Assembly: GCF_001194135.2 (NCBI RefSeq)
Contig: NC_068981.1
Coordinates: forward strand, 180,613,545 to 180,677,544
Direction: 5' to 3'
DNA length: 64,000 bases
Source of the DNA: Octopus bimaculoides
Lineage: Eukaryota
The notes beneath the pieces are model-generated. The model saw only the letters and a program-made list of their open reading frames with translations. It made no database searches and was not told the origin of the DNA. Position 1 is the stretch's first letter; every line of letters starts with the position of its first letter. Positions 13,301 to 27,822 of the stretch are shown here, piece after piece. The translations under genes and the position numbers were made by a program.

Positions 13301-14739
13301 ACTAAGCTTGATAGCTCTCACAATGGAAATTAGTTAACAATGATATAATACCAAAAATATGACATCAGAATTGGATAAGCTGGAATGATAATATTTTTTT
13401 ATTTACTTATCACTAATGTCTATTTTTAGAGATGGTTTGCTGCAATGAAAGACAACTCTCACATTTGTCTCAATGTGTCCACCGAAAAAATTCCCAAATA
13501 AAATTTGATGGATAATGTAGATTTCTGAAATGTTAGAGGTTACTGTGTTGAGGCCTTTTGCAAACTACTCCAATAATGAATTCTAGCAGCTTTGTTATCA
13601 CAAATGATGACTTTATCCCTCCTCATTCCTAACAGCTTCCGTTATACTGGAGTACCCATCATGATGTTACTCAACATGGTTGTTAAAGTCATCATTTGTG
13701 ATAACAAGGCTGCTAGAATTCATTATTGGAGTAGTTTGCAAAAGGCCTCAACACAGTAACCTCCAACTTTCCAGAAATCTACGTAATTCATCATTTTGTT
13801 TGGGAATGTTTGTTTTCAGTGGACTGTGCGGGTGGCACATAAAAGACATAATTTTGAGCATGGCCGTTGCCAGTACCGCCTGACTGGCCTTCGTGCGGTT
13901 GACACGTAAAAGCACCCACTACACTCTCTGAGTGGTTGGCGTTAGGGAGGGCATCCAGCTGTAGAAACTCTGCCAAATCAGATTGGAGCCTGGTGTTGCC
14001 ATCCGGTTTCACCAGGCCTCAGTCAAATCGTCCAACCCATGCTAGCATGGAAAGCGGACGTTAAACGATGATGATGACATTGAGACAAATGTGAGAGTTG
14101 TCTCTCATTGCAGCAAACCATCTCTAAAAATATACATTAGTGATAAATAAATAAATAAAAAATATTATCATTCCAGCTTATCCAATTCTGATGTCATATT
14201 TTTGGTATTATATCATTGTTAACTAATTTCCATTGTGAGAGCTATCAAGCTGAGTCTTTATTTTCCTCTGATCAAATATTTATTTAAATATTTCCAATCA
14301 AATTGAGCTTTGAGGCTATATATTGATAAACAGAATGATATATATACATAGATATAGACATGTAAATATAATGTAGGTAGTTAGGGAAAATCCCAGCTGT
14401 ATATATATATATATATATGTGCCAGACTGACAATCAACCAAAGAACCTACTGCTCATATCTTGTAACCAGCTCTGCCGTTCGTTATATCAAACCAAATCA
14501 CTTAATTACTCTCAGTGCCTCAATCTGGATACTTGTAAAAAGAAGTAAGAAACCACAGCATTGTAGAATTGATAAATTCCACTCAGCTGATACCGAATTA
14601 TGTCCTGCAAATATTTTCAAGAGGTTTGTGTTCTGTCAGGTTATGTTCATCATCATCGTAATCGTTTAACATCTGCCTTCCATGCTGGCATGGGTTGGAC
14701 ATGTTATTCTATGTATATTGCATTTAGTCCATGAGACTC

Positions 14740-14776
<37 letters not shown>

Positions 14777-17700
14777 TCTCCTCTTTCTCTCTCTCTCACA
14801 CACACATATCTATATATATATTTATATATATCTGTTATGTTTTTTCCTGGTTTATGGACATCAGCCATGCTAGTCACTGCCTTCAAGTATTTAGCTGATC
14901 ATATCAAGCCCAATGCTTATTTTATTAAACATCCATTTATGAACTTGCTAAGTTATGAGGTCTAATGTAGTGCTTATTTATTCATGTTGTTTAGAAATTA
15001 ATCATACATTATCTCATGGCTTTGAAATTTTGATGATGTGGTTGTATATTTTTAGAATGACATTGTAGGGTAGGTGTGAGAGGTTTGAACATAAAACAGG
15101 TAGGATATTTGGTCCAGTTTAAATGCTAAAGGGTTAAACATTTTCTTTGAGAACACAGGCACAAGTATATGTTATTGTCATTCTCATCATTTTACATAAA
15201 ATGCTTCTGAACAGTTTCCATATCCTAAATTCCATTCATACAATATTGTTCAACCCAAAGTTGTAGTTGAAAACACTTGCTCAAGGTGACATGTGGTGAG
15301 ATTGAACCTTGGAACATTTGGTTGTGAATTGAACTTCTTAACTACACTTATAGCCTATGCCTTTATGCATTTGTATTAAAGCTGCAAGTGTGGCTGTGTG
15401 CTTAAGAAGTTTGCTTCCAATCCACATGATTTTGGGTTCAGTCCCGCTGCGTAGCATCTCAGGCAAGTGTCTTAAACCATAGCCCCAGGTTACCCAAAGC
15501 CTTGTAAGTGGATTTCATAGAAAGAAAATAAGTCTGCTGCACATATGTACATATATATATATACATGCATGATGTATGTATGGCTGTATGTATGTATGTC
15601 TGCTTGTGTATATACATGCATGTATGTATAAGTGTATGTTTGTGTCTCCTTATGACATCATGTGATTGTTGCAAAAGTCATTCATTTCCAATATTCTGTG
15701 AAAGTGTGTCAGGCCATTACCTTGCTTGAAAATAGGTAAAGGTTGGCAACTAGAAGGGTATCCAACTGCAGAAAATCTGCCTCAATAAACTCCATCCAAC
15801 CCATGCAAGTATGGAAAAGTGGACATTAAAACAATGATGATTATGGTGGCTTATAAATATTTTTTAAAGTAACAAAGGGAATTTTCCTTAAATACCAAAA
15901 ACTTTTTAATTTAATTTCTCACTTCTTTTTCTCATTTCATTTATTTTATTTTATGTTATTTAAATTTCACTCAAATTTAAAGACAACCCATCCTATACTA
16001 TCTTAGATTATAAGCTTTTAATGTTATATTGATTACACTTGAAACTTTGTGGCCACAAGACATTTTTCTAATTCAAACTACTACATTAATATTTTGCTGT
16101 AAACTCTATGGATTACATAGTAAATATACAGCTTTTATTTGGCTCCATTGCTTATCAAAGTTCTAATAAACAATCTAGTGTTAGAAATACATTTTTTAAA
16201 CAATTTTTAATGATATAGTTGTATGAATATTTACTATTTTAGTTCTAAAATTAAATGTCAGGAAAAGTGCATGCAGTGTTCAAATACTTGTTTACTTTAT
16301 CTCTGTATCTTTTCACATCCTCTTTTCTCTCTCTCTCTCTCTCTCTCGTATGTATCTTTACACATGCCTCTCTAAATCGCTTGACACTACTCCCTCTCTG
16401 TACCTTCACTCTTTATCTCTTCATACACGCCTCTCTCTAGCTCTTTACAAGTCCTTTCCCTGTACTCCCCCTTTCTCTTTTTTGGCCCACTCTCCCATTC
16501 ATTACTCTTCCTCTCCCTTCACAACTTTCCTTTCTTTTATCTTTCTTCATCAGTCTGAGCTGTACATTTCCAAAATCTTTTGCAGTCTGCACCTTCAGAG
16601 GCTAATCTTATGAGAAAACCTGATCTTCCCCAAAAACCAAGCCCTGTCTCTTCCAGTCTTCCACAGAGTCAGCCCAAGATAACTAATGATATTCCCCTTG
16701 CTTCATCCGTCTACTCACAAGGTAAATGCAAGCTTCAATTCAGTCTGATAACAACCACCAGTTACTAACCTTCAAAAATCAACATTATTGAACTGATGAG
16801 CTGGGTTGAGCTAGTATTATCCATGATCACTTCAAACGGTTGCATGTCATTGAATGGTACTCCTTTGGGATGTTGCTTCAGAGAGGGAAGCGCTTAGATG
16901 AGTAATGAAAGTGAGAATCATGAAGTTAGGTTATTCAAGAGAGAAGTGGTGGTGACAGCGATGGCAGTAGTTATAGTGGTGGCAGTGGTTGGAGGGTTTG
17001 AGTGTGTGGGAGTGCTTGTGTGAAGTGCTTTGAAATAGAAGAGAAATCTCTCTACACATAGCTAGCTTGAACTGGACCTATCCCATATTAAATGTTTCCT
17101 CTGGCTTCAATATTAGTGTTTAGTATAAAAAGTATTTACTGGGTTAAATGTCTTTATTAATAACACTTTGTGTCATGTTTGCATGAGTTCATAGTAGCAT
17201 ATATTTAAATCAAGGTTTGAAAAATCATCTGGAAACTGTCTGACAAGAATTAAATTCATTATCTTTAAATCTTAACCAACACACACCAGTAAGCTGCTAA
17301 CAGGTTTTACTCTCTAAAATATCTTTTATAAGGTAAAACTTGTGTGATGCACTTGTTTCATATATCACTCAAATTTATGTAAAACCAGGAGGAAACAAAT
17401 GTAGCAGATAAACCATTCCATGTTACTATAAGAACTGTTGTGGAGACATCTATTTAAGCATCCATCTTTTTATGACCTTTTCAGCTGCATCTCACCAAAT
17501 GGCTGTTTACCAAAATCCACTCACTCATCAACAGCCACCACCACAGTTACCTATGGCAACAGGAATGTACCAACAGGTTGTTTAACAATTTTTATAAACT
17601 TTGCTTTTGAAGAAATGAGTATTTTCCATATTCAATGTAATCAATCTCTTATCAAATTGAAGCTTTTTTTTTTTATCTTTTACTTGTTTCAGTCATTAGA

Positions 17701-17880
17701 CTGCGGTCATACTGGTGCACTGCCTTGAAGAATTTTTAGTCAAATGAATCAACCCCAGTACTTTTTTTTTTTAAGCTTGGTACTTATTCTATCAGTCTCT
17801 TTTGCCAAACTGCCAAGTTACAGGGATGCAAGCAAACCAACACCAGTTGTCAAGCAGTGGTGTGGGAGACAAACAGTAAG

Positions 17881-17928
<48 letters not shown>

Positions 17929-20900
17929 TAAGGGCATTACTATACATAAATGCCTCATGCTAGAAAGAACTCTTAAAGTCAAAACTACCATAATAAATAC
18001 ATTGTACAATGTAATATAATATAATATAATATATATATGACAGGCTTTTCCCAGTTTCCATCTACCAAATCCACTCACAAGGCTTTGGTCAGCCTAAGGC
18101 TATAAGTAGAAGGTGCTTGTCCAAAGTACCATGCAGTGGAACTGAATCCAAAACCATGTGGTTAGGAAGCAAGCCTTTTATTACACGGCCATGCTTGTGC
18201 CTTTTGTTTATATTCTTTTAATGGTTTAGTCAAGGAAGGAAATGTTCCCACCCGCAAGATACTATGATTCCTAGGTTGCTGTAGTAAAAAGTAGTATATC
18301 AAGATATTGACCCAAGACTATAAAGAAAACACACAGTGTATACTGCAGTATTGATCCTGGAGCCATACTTATGTCTTTGGCACTATTAATAAAGAGCTTG
18401 AATTGTTAGAAGTTAACTTATTTAAAGGGAAGAGGGTTTCACAGTGCACTACACTACAGAATGAAAGACTACATATAATGTTTGGTATTATACCACCACA
18501 CCAAAATGCAGATGTAAAATTATTCTAATTATTATTAGACATGCGAAACTCAGCTTGCGAAGACTTATTGGGGCAAGCAAAAGCGAAATTGTGATGGCAC
18601 CTGTGCCCAGCGTCGCATTTCTGGCACTTGTGTCTGCGGCATGTGTAAGGACTTTCGAGAGAGATCGTTGCCAGTGCCCCTGGACTGGCTCTTGTGCGGG
18701 TGGCACATAAAATACACCATTTTGAGCGTGGCCGTTGCCAGTACCGCCTGACTGGCCTTCGTGTGGGTGGCACGTAAAAGCACCCACTACACTCTCTGAG
18801 TGGTTGGCGTTAGGAAGGGCATCCAGCTGTAGAAACTCTGCCAAATCAGATTGGAGCCTGGTGTAGCCATCTGGTTTCACCAGTCCTCATTCAAATCGTC
18901 CAACCCATGCTAGCATGGAAGGCGGACGTTAAACGACGACGATGATGATGATGATGTGACAGATTGGCAGAAACATTGAAGCATCAAACAAAATGTTCTG
19001 CAGCGCTTGCTCTGATTCTTTACTTCCTGTATTTAAATCTCATCATGGTCAACTTTACCTTTCACCCTTCTGGGGTTGATTGGTAGAGTACCAGTCAAGT
19101 ACTGAGATCTGTGGTGTCAACTCACCTGCTTACCTCAAAATTACTGGTCATCTGCCTAAATCAGAAATATTTATTATTATTATTGTTATTATTATAACAT
19201 TATATTAAGGCAGTGAGCTGGCAGAATTGTTAGCACACCAGGCAAAATGTTTATCGGTATTTTGCCTGTCTTTACATTCTGAGTTCAAATTCTGCCAAGG
19301 TTGACTTTGCCTTTCTTCCTTTCAAGGTCAATAAAATAAGTACCAGTTGAGTACTGGGGTCGGACTATATAATCAACCATACCCCTGCCCCAAATTTCAG
19401 GCCTTGTACCTATAGTAGAAAGGATTATTATAACATTATAGTGACAGAGACAGCTGGGCATTGCCTTTCAGCATGTAAGTCTATTTCTCTAGTTTCTATA
19501 AGTTTGATAAATTAAGTACCAAGCATAAGCATATACGGGGTTTATTTCAACTAACTTGTACCCACTCCACTACAGACTTGTGGCCAAGTTTGTAAGAGAC
19601 TACTCTACTCTCTTTGGTATTGTAGTGATTCTGAACAACATCTCACTCACTTTTCTTCCTGGGATTTTTTTTTTTTTTTTTTTGTAAAATTAATGAAAGT
19701 TTTATTTAGGTCCAAAGAACTGCGCACCAAATTATATTCAGTGCACATAAAAATGGCCTTCGTGCCGGTGGCATGTAAAAGCACCCACTACACTCTCAGA
19801 GTGGTTGGCGTTAGGAAGGGCATCCAGCTGTAGAAACTCTGCTAAATCAGATTGGAGCCTGGTGTAGCCACCTGGTCCACCAGTCCTCAGTCAAATCGTC
19901 CAATCCATGCTAGCATGGAAAGCGGACGTTAAACGATGATGATGATGATGATGAAAGATGAGAAACATAAATTCAATTAAAAAGTAAACTCGGGCTGGGC
20001 ACAATTTTATTTAAATATCATGTGACAAAAGTTAAATAAAATTGTGCAGATCGCTCCACTTAGTTGGTTCACTTTATCAGAATTCACAATGATAATTAAA
20101 TTTCCAGTGACATAAAGTAACAATCTCAGATGATGAATTAATGGAATTGTCAGAGCTGTAAACTAGGTGCTTAGAGCTGTTTGTTACTGCTTTTTGCATT
20201 CTAAATTCTTGTGTTGTTGATTTAATCTGACACCATGGTTAACATCACCACCATGTGGTATTGTCATGGTGTCTTCAGGAGAGTTCATTTTGTAACAAGC
20301 ATGCATATCAAATCTCAGTTTTAGGACAGTTTCCTACCAGTACTGGAAGCCCTGGTAAAATAACAGGCTACAGGTACTTCCCTTCTCTCCTTGACAAAAC
20401 AGTGAACAAAGACACTGTCTGTATTATGGAAGCAGACGTTAACTCTCCATTGAAAATATATTTATATTTTTTATTTTAATTACTGTGTTATAAAAAGTTA
20501 TGGCTCGGTGGTTAGAGCATCGAGCTCACAATCATGAGCTAATGAGTTCGATTCCCAGACTGGGCTGTGTGTTATGTTCTTGGGCAAGACATTCTATTTC
20601 ATGTTGCTCCAGTTCGCTCAGCTGTAGAAATGAGTTGCGACACCACTGTTGCCAAACTGCATTGGCCTTTGCCTTTCCTTTGGATAACGTCGGTGGCACA
20701 GAGAGGGGAGGCTGGTATGCATGGGCAACTGCTGGTTTTCCACAAACAAGTTTGCTAGGATTTGTGCCTTGGAGGGGAACTTTCTAGATGAAATCTCATG
20801 GTCATTCATGACCAAAAGGGGTCCTTACCCTTTAGTCTTTGGGGGTTTTTTATGAATAGTTTATTATAAAGCTTATCTACTCTTTGATAACATAACCGTA

Positions 20901-23772
20901 TTGCCTTTCAGCAAAATGATACTTAAAAAGGGAAAGAGAAGGCATAAAAATGTGACACCTGTTTTCATCAATTTCTGGCACTTTATAACACACACGTAAC
21001 AGAGTAACAGCTTTCTAATTATTATTTTCAGAAATAATAATTCAGCAGTTTAACCCTTTAAGCATTTAAACCAGCCATATCTAGCCTAAATATCCCACTT
21101 GTTTTATGTTCATACTGGTCAGCTCTGGTTTCTCACACCTACCCTACAATGTCATCCTAAAAATAAACAATGACATCATCAAAATCTCAAAGCTACAAGA
21201 TAATGTATGATTAATACAAGACACTGTGAATAAATATGCATTACATTTTACAGAGTAATCTGAATGCTAAAGGGTTAAATTCACATTTAAACAATCCTAC
21301 ATCAATTGTAACAATTTTCTCATTATTACTATTTCTAAAATTTTCTTTAATTTTAGGTGCCTTCTAATCAACCATTGGGAGCCTTCCAACCAAACCCTTC
21401 TCAACCTGTACATAATCAACTCTATCCTCAACATTCCTACCCTGGTAAGTTTGCTTCCATAAACTAAATATAAATAAGCAAAATTAGTTGTAATGTAAGA
21501 ATGCTGTTAGAATTTACTAAAGGCTTGACTAAAAGAGGTAGATTCATCTTATCTATTGCTAGGCTTATATGGAGTGGGGTTGATTCAATCAACTATACCC
21601 CTTTCCTGCAAACTTTTGTGTGAATAGATATGGTATAGATAAGAGTGGTGGAGGCGCAATGGCCCAGTGGTTAGGGTAGCGGACTTGCGGTTTCGATTCC
21701 CAGACCGGATGCTGTGAGTGTTTATTGAGCGAAGACACCTAAAGCTCCACGAGGCTCCGGCAGGGGATGGTGGCGAACCCTGCTGTACTCTTTCACCACA
21801 ACTTTCTCTCACTCTTACTTCCTGTTTCTGTTGTGCCTGTAATTCAAAGGGTCAGCCTTGTCACACTGTGCCACGCTGAATATCCCCCGAGAACTACGTT
21901 AAGGGTACACGTGTCTGTGGAGTGCTCAGCCACTTGCACGTTAATTTCATGAGCAGGCTGTTCCGTTGATCGGATCAACTGGAAACCTCGACGTCGTAAG
22001 CGACGGAGTGCCAACACACACAGATAAGAGTGATTGGCAGAATAATTAGCGTCAGAGGAAATGCTGTGTAGAATTAGTTCTGGCCCCAAGTCCTAAGTTC
22101 AAATCATACCTTTTATCCTTCTAAGTACTTGTCAAATACTCAGTTCGATATAATCAGCTGTATTTTCCCTCAGATTTGAGGCCTTCTACTTATATTTGAA
22201 ATCAGCATAATTAATAGCAGCAGTATAATCATAATTACCAACATTTTAACGTCTGCTTTTCCATTCTCATATGGGTCGGACAGAATATGTTGAGGCTGAT
22301 TTTATGGGGGCCAGATGCCCTTCCTGTTGCAAACACTCGCCTGTTTCCAAATAAGTTAATGTTCCCCACTGACAAAGCAAAACAAAGGGCACTTCTAGGA
22401 TGATGGTGGCACTCATTTACAACTATTATGTAAAGACAAAGCAAGGAGACAGCAACACACACACACATATATGTACATATGATGGGCTTCTTTCAGTTTC
22501 CACCTACCAAATCCGCTCACAACCCTATAATAGATGTAGATCATGTTTAGGACCAATATTTGCAAGCCTATTAAACTAGTCTTGACTGAAAGCTAGAAAT
22601 ACACATAAAATAACATTGAAGACATCTGTATTAGTTTATGCTAAAAATATATTTTACTTTGAAATAATTTATCTATAACCGTATTAACTTACAATAACTT
22701 TTTTCAAATTTTATGCTTTGTAATTTTCTCAAAACTGCATTTTTTTAAAACCATTTTTCTAGTACCTGTCAGTTCTGCCGATATCCATGTGCCAGTTATT
22801 CTTTCTGAATCTAGACAGCATAATACTGAAATGCGTTTAGCTGTGAGTAAAATAACCGAAAAAGTCGACCAGGTATTGTGCAAAGTAAGTACCATCTAAA
22901 AAAATTATTTTTGTATTTTCTTGATTTTATTTTTCAAGTTATTATTTATTAAAGTAACTATCATATATGCAGATGTATAAAACACTCTTTTTTTTATTCT
23001 TAAGTGTAATAAAACATTGGCCTGAGTCTAATAGAACTGTATTACGGTTGGTATACAGTTTGTGTAAATGTATGATGCAACATATTAACCCTTTAGCATT
23101 TAAACCTGCCATATCTGGCCCAATTATTCTGCCTGTTTTAAATTTAAACTGGCCAGATTCAGCCTCTCATACCTACCCTACAAAGTCATTCTAAAAATAA
23201 AACAATCACATCATAAAAATCTCGAAGTGACAAGACAATGCATGATTAATTCAAAACAATATGAATAAATAAGCATTACATTTGACAGCATAATCTAAAT
23301 GCTAAAGGGTGTTTGGTTTGTTTTTTCCACTATAAAATAGGGATTTGTCTCATGCAAGAGTACATCTTGTACAGCAGCAAATATGGTATCAATAGTCATT
23401 GAGTTTCACTTGTTAAATTACTGGTTAGTAGTATTATAGTTGACCGTTGGGATGAAGTAAATGGTTAGGGTAGCAGCTTGTAATTAAATACATTGGCTGA
23501 TTGAATTTCATTTACCTAACAGGAAGACAAAATGATATTAATATTATTATTATTATTATTATTGCATTGAGCTGATAGAATCATTAGCACACTGGATGAA
23601 ATGGCGTTGTTTCGCCCATTGCTACGTTCTGAGTTCAAATTCTGCCAAGATCAGCTTTGCCTTTCATCCTTTCAGGGTCAATGAATTAAGTACCAGTAAA
23701 ACACTGGGGTTGATGTAATCGACTAGTCCCCATCTCCCAAAATTTCAAGGTCTTGTGCCTTCAGTAGAAAGG

Positions 23773-23823
<51 letters not shown>

Positions 23824-24245
23824 GTTATTATTATTATTATTTTTGTTATTATTATGTGTAGTCACATATTTACAGCTAATATTACTCCTCTTGATAAGGC
23901 TGAGAGCTGGTAGAATGTTAGCATGCTGGGAAAAATGCTTAGCAGCATTTCATGTCTTTATATTCTGAGTTCAAATTTCACCAGGGCCAACTTTGTCTTC
24001 TATCCTTTCAGGGTTAATAAAATAAGTACCAATTGAACACTAGGGTTTCAGTTGAACTTGCTGGCCTTGTGCCAAAGTTTTAAGCTATTATTATTATTCA
24101 GTAGTTTTATTTTTATAGCGTACTTTCACTTCACTACCGAGCGCAGCTCTGTGTGTCTTGGATATGTGCTGTGGTTTGCTGTGATGCTCTTATGGGTACT
24201 GTATTGAAAGTGTTTTGTGTAGGATGCGTGCAGTGCCCAGTAGTG

Positions 24246-24289
<44 letters not shown>

Positions 24290-24491
24290 CATTATTATTA
24301 TCATTATTAATTCTAATGGTTTCTGATTTAGGTATAAAGCCAGTAATTTTGTTGGCTTGAGATTAGTCAATTACATCAACCCCAGTGCTTGATTAGTATT
24401 TTATTTTATCAAACCTAGAAGTATGAAATCTAAAGGCATAATGCCTAAAATTTTGTATGAAGGAGTTAGTCAATTAAATCAACTCCAGTAC

Positions 24492-24526
<35 letters not shown>

Positions 24527-27500
24527 GATATGCCACCCTGTATCAAACAACGCTTGAATGTTGACATACTTAGCTTTTCCTTCAGTAATTCTTACCAGAT
24601 AATGGATGTATGGCTGTATAGTAAGAAGTTTGCTTCCCAGCCACATGGTTCCTAGTTCAGTCACATTCTGTGGCACCTTGGACAAGTTTCTTCTGCTATA
24701 GCCCTGGGCCAACCAAAGTCGTGTGAGCAGATTTGGTTGACAAACCAAAAGAAGCTCATTGTGTGTGTGTGTGTACTTATATGTATGTGTATGTTTGTGT
24801 CTTTTTCTCTTGACATTGCATGGTAGTTATATAATCTGTTACTGTCATACAAGCAGTGTCATTAATTTTCAGTATACTGCGAGAACATGTCTGGCCATGG
24901 GGAATATTAACTTACTTAGAAACGAGGGTTGGCAACAGGCAGGGCATCTAGCCATAGAAAATCTGCCTCAATAAACTTTACCTGACCTCTGGAATTATGG
25001 TAAAGTCAATGTTAAAATGATGATGATGATGAGACCGTGTGAGAGCTATTTAGTGGTTTAAAATGTATAAGGACTATTATAAGTGAATACCTAAAGCACT
25101 GTTGTTGTGATGATAATCTTTTGCATCTTTGTTTCAGTTGGATCACTCTGCACAAAACAATTTCCTTAATCCAGTTCCGTCACTAGAAACATCTGTTTTA
25201 ATGCAGAACATTCAACGAATTGTTCAGGTAAATACTTGCTTCACACTAATTTTTATTCTCTCTCTTGCTTTCTCTCCTCTCTCTATCTTTCGTTCCACCT
25301 ATCTCTCTTTCCTTCATATTAACCTGTATACAGTAATTTGTTTGTTTTTTTAGCTTTAGTCCTTGCTGTCATTCTTTTTTTTCTCTCATTCATTCTTTTC
25401 CTCTCTTTCTCTCTCTCTCTCCATCTCAAATGTCTTACATACTCTACATTAAAGGAAAATGAAAGACTCAAAAAGGAAGCTATGGAAAAAGCAAGTAAAG
25501 TGGAGTCTCAAAACCTAAAAATATCTGAACTTCTTCAGCAGAATCAAAAGTAAGTTTTGACTTATGACCAACACCTGTAAAAATGTATGCCACTAATCAG
25601 TCATGATAAACCTATTTCCCAGTATTTTAAGGACAGGATTGATCTGAAAATTGTTAAAGAATGAAGGGTTAGAAAGTTAGAAAAACTTGTTATAATTTGA
25701 AAGAATATATTTGGTGGTAGATTTTTCTTGCTTTTTTTTTTTTTTTTTTTTTTAGTTAGACTTTTTTTTTTTTTTATTCAAAGGTGATATCTTTTAACTT
25801 AATTGTTATCAGACTGCAGTTATGCTGAGGCACTGCCCTGTGGGGTTTTAATCAGATAAATCGACCCCGTACTTATTTATTTATTTGTTTTGTTAAATTT
25901 GGTACTTTATTCTATCAGTTTCTGTTGCTGAACTACTAAGTTATGGAGACGTAAACAAACCAACATTGGTTATCAAGTGGTTGGGAAAACAGATACACAC
26001 ACACACACACACAATAAGCTTCTTTCAACCTAATGCAGTCACAAGGTTTTGGTCGGTCTTGGGCTATAGTTGAAGACATTTGCCCAAGGTGCCTTACAGT
26101 GGGACTGAACCCAGAACTATGTGACTAAGAAGCAAACTTACCATACTGCCATGCCTGCACCTAGGAAACCTATTTTCAACAGCAAGTTTAAAAATAGAAA
26201 TTTTATTATTAAAAGTATGCCACCAGTACAACTATGCCCTATCATTTCACCATTTTGTTGTTCATTTTTTCATATCATCGTTCGGAGAGGTCTGCAGTGC
26301 AGTATGTTGTTATTTATCTTGATCTTGCAACAAGTTCTTTGGTCCTGATCTCACCATTTCTTGTCTTTGTTTTCCGGCTGCTAATTGAGGACAGCCATAA
26401 TTGTCTCCCTTGACACATTTATATTCTTGAATTTTAAACAGCAAATGTTAACTCTTAACACTCCACATTTACAATACACTGCAACAACCAAAATATAACC
26501 AATATATAGTATGTATTGCAATAAAACACTTCTTACATGACATTCACATTGCTATTATACGAGAAACGACATTAAGAAGGGCATCCAACCATAGTTCAGT
26601 GGTTAGAGCATTGAGCTTACAATCATGAGGCTGTGAGTTCAATTTCAAGACTGGGCTGTGTGTTGTGTTCTTGAGCAAGACACTTTATTTCATGTTGCTC
26701 CAGTTCACTCGTCTGTAGAAATGGGTTGTGACGTCACTGGTGCTAAGCTGTATCGGCGTTTGCCTTGGACACCATCAGTGGTGTGGAGAGGAGAGGCTGG
26801 TATGCATGGGCGACTGCTGGTCTTCCACAAATAACTGTGCCCAAACTTGTAACTGAAGAAGGGGGTCTTTACCCAACCATAGAAACCATTCCAAAACAGA
26901 CAGTAGAGCTTGACTCAGTCCTCTGACCTATCAGGCTGTCCATCCCATGGCAGCATGGAATACAGATGCTAAATAAGGATGATGAAATTATGACCCAATG
27001 TAGTACCTCATATGTAGTACTTCACAATCCAAATTACACGTCAGTAACAACTGGACTAAAAAAAAATCCAATGGCAGACTCATAACATATATTGAAATTA
27101 TGCATCTAATACATAGGTACCATTAATAGTATCATTAACATGAAAGTATTATTAATAGGCCACAATACACTAGAAACGCACGTTTTAATAATTTCGGAAT
27201 TCTTGTTGTCAGGTTTGTGGAACAGAGTAATAGTTTACTTGAACAGAGGAATGACAGCTACAAGGACTCAGCAGAACGATCGCAAGCTCAAGTCTTGAAA
27301 CTGGAGAAAGACAAAGTAAGTTGGAGATTTTTGGGGGTGTTTTTCCCTCCATTTTGTTATTTTTTTTTTCTTCTGTATTCATATAAACAGAATAGGAATG
27401 GAGATTTTGGACTTCCACTGTACAGCACTTTGGGCAAGTGTCTTCTACCATAGCCCTAAGTCAACCAATACCTTCTGAGTGAATTTGGTAGACTGAAATT

Positions 27501-27791
27501 GTGCAGAAATCCATCATATATGAATGTATGTGTGTGTGTGCTTCTTTATGTTTGCGTTTGTTTCCTGCTGCTTAATGACCAGTGTTGGTTTGTTTACATC
27601 CTCAACTTATCAGATCAGCAAAAACAGACTGGTAGAATAAATTCCAGACTTTTAAATACTGGAGTCTATTCGATTAATTAACACCTTCAAAGTAGTACCC
27701 CACTATGGTCAGAGTCCAGAGGCTGAAACAGCCCGGAGATATTTGAGTGGCAATAAATGGCAAGAGAGAGAGAGAGAGAACACCATCAGTA

Positions 27792-27822
<31 letters not shown>

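Noticed and set aside
16554-16585. Alternative upstream acceptor (catcag) for the FKBP15 16586 exon
   Set aside because: It adds 32 nt, shifts the frame and meets a stop at 16611-16613.
21648-21710. tRNA-like A/B boxes here and at 4148, 10421, 20500, 38167
   Set aside because: These are SINE heads; no complete cloverleaf was recovered, so no tRNA genes are called.
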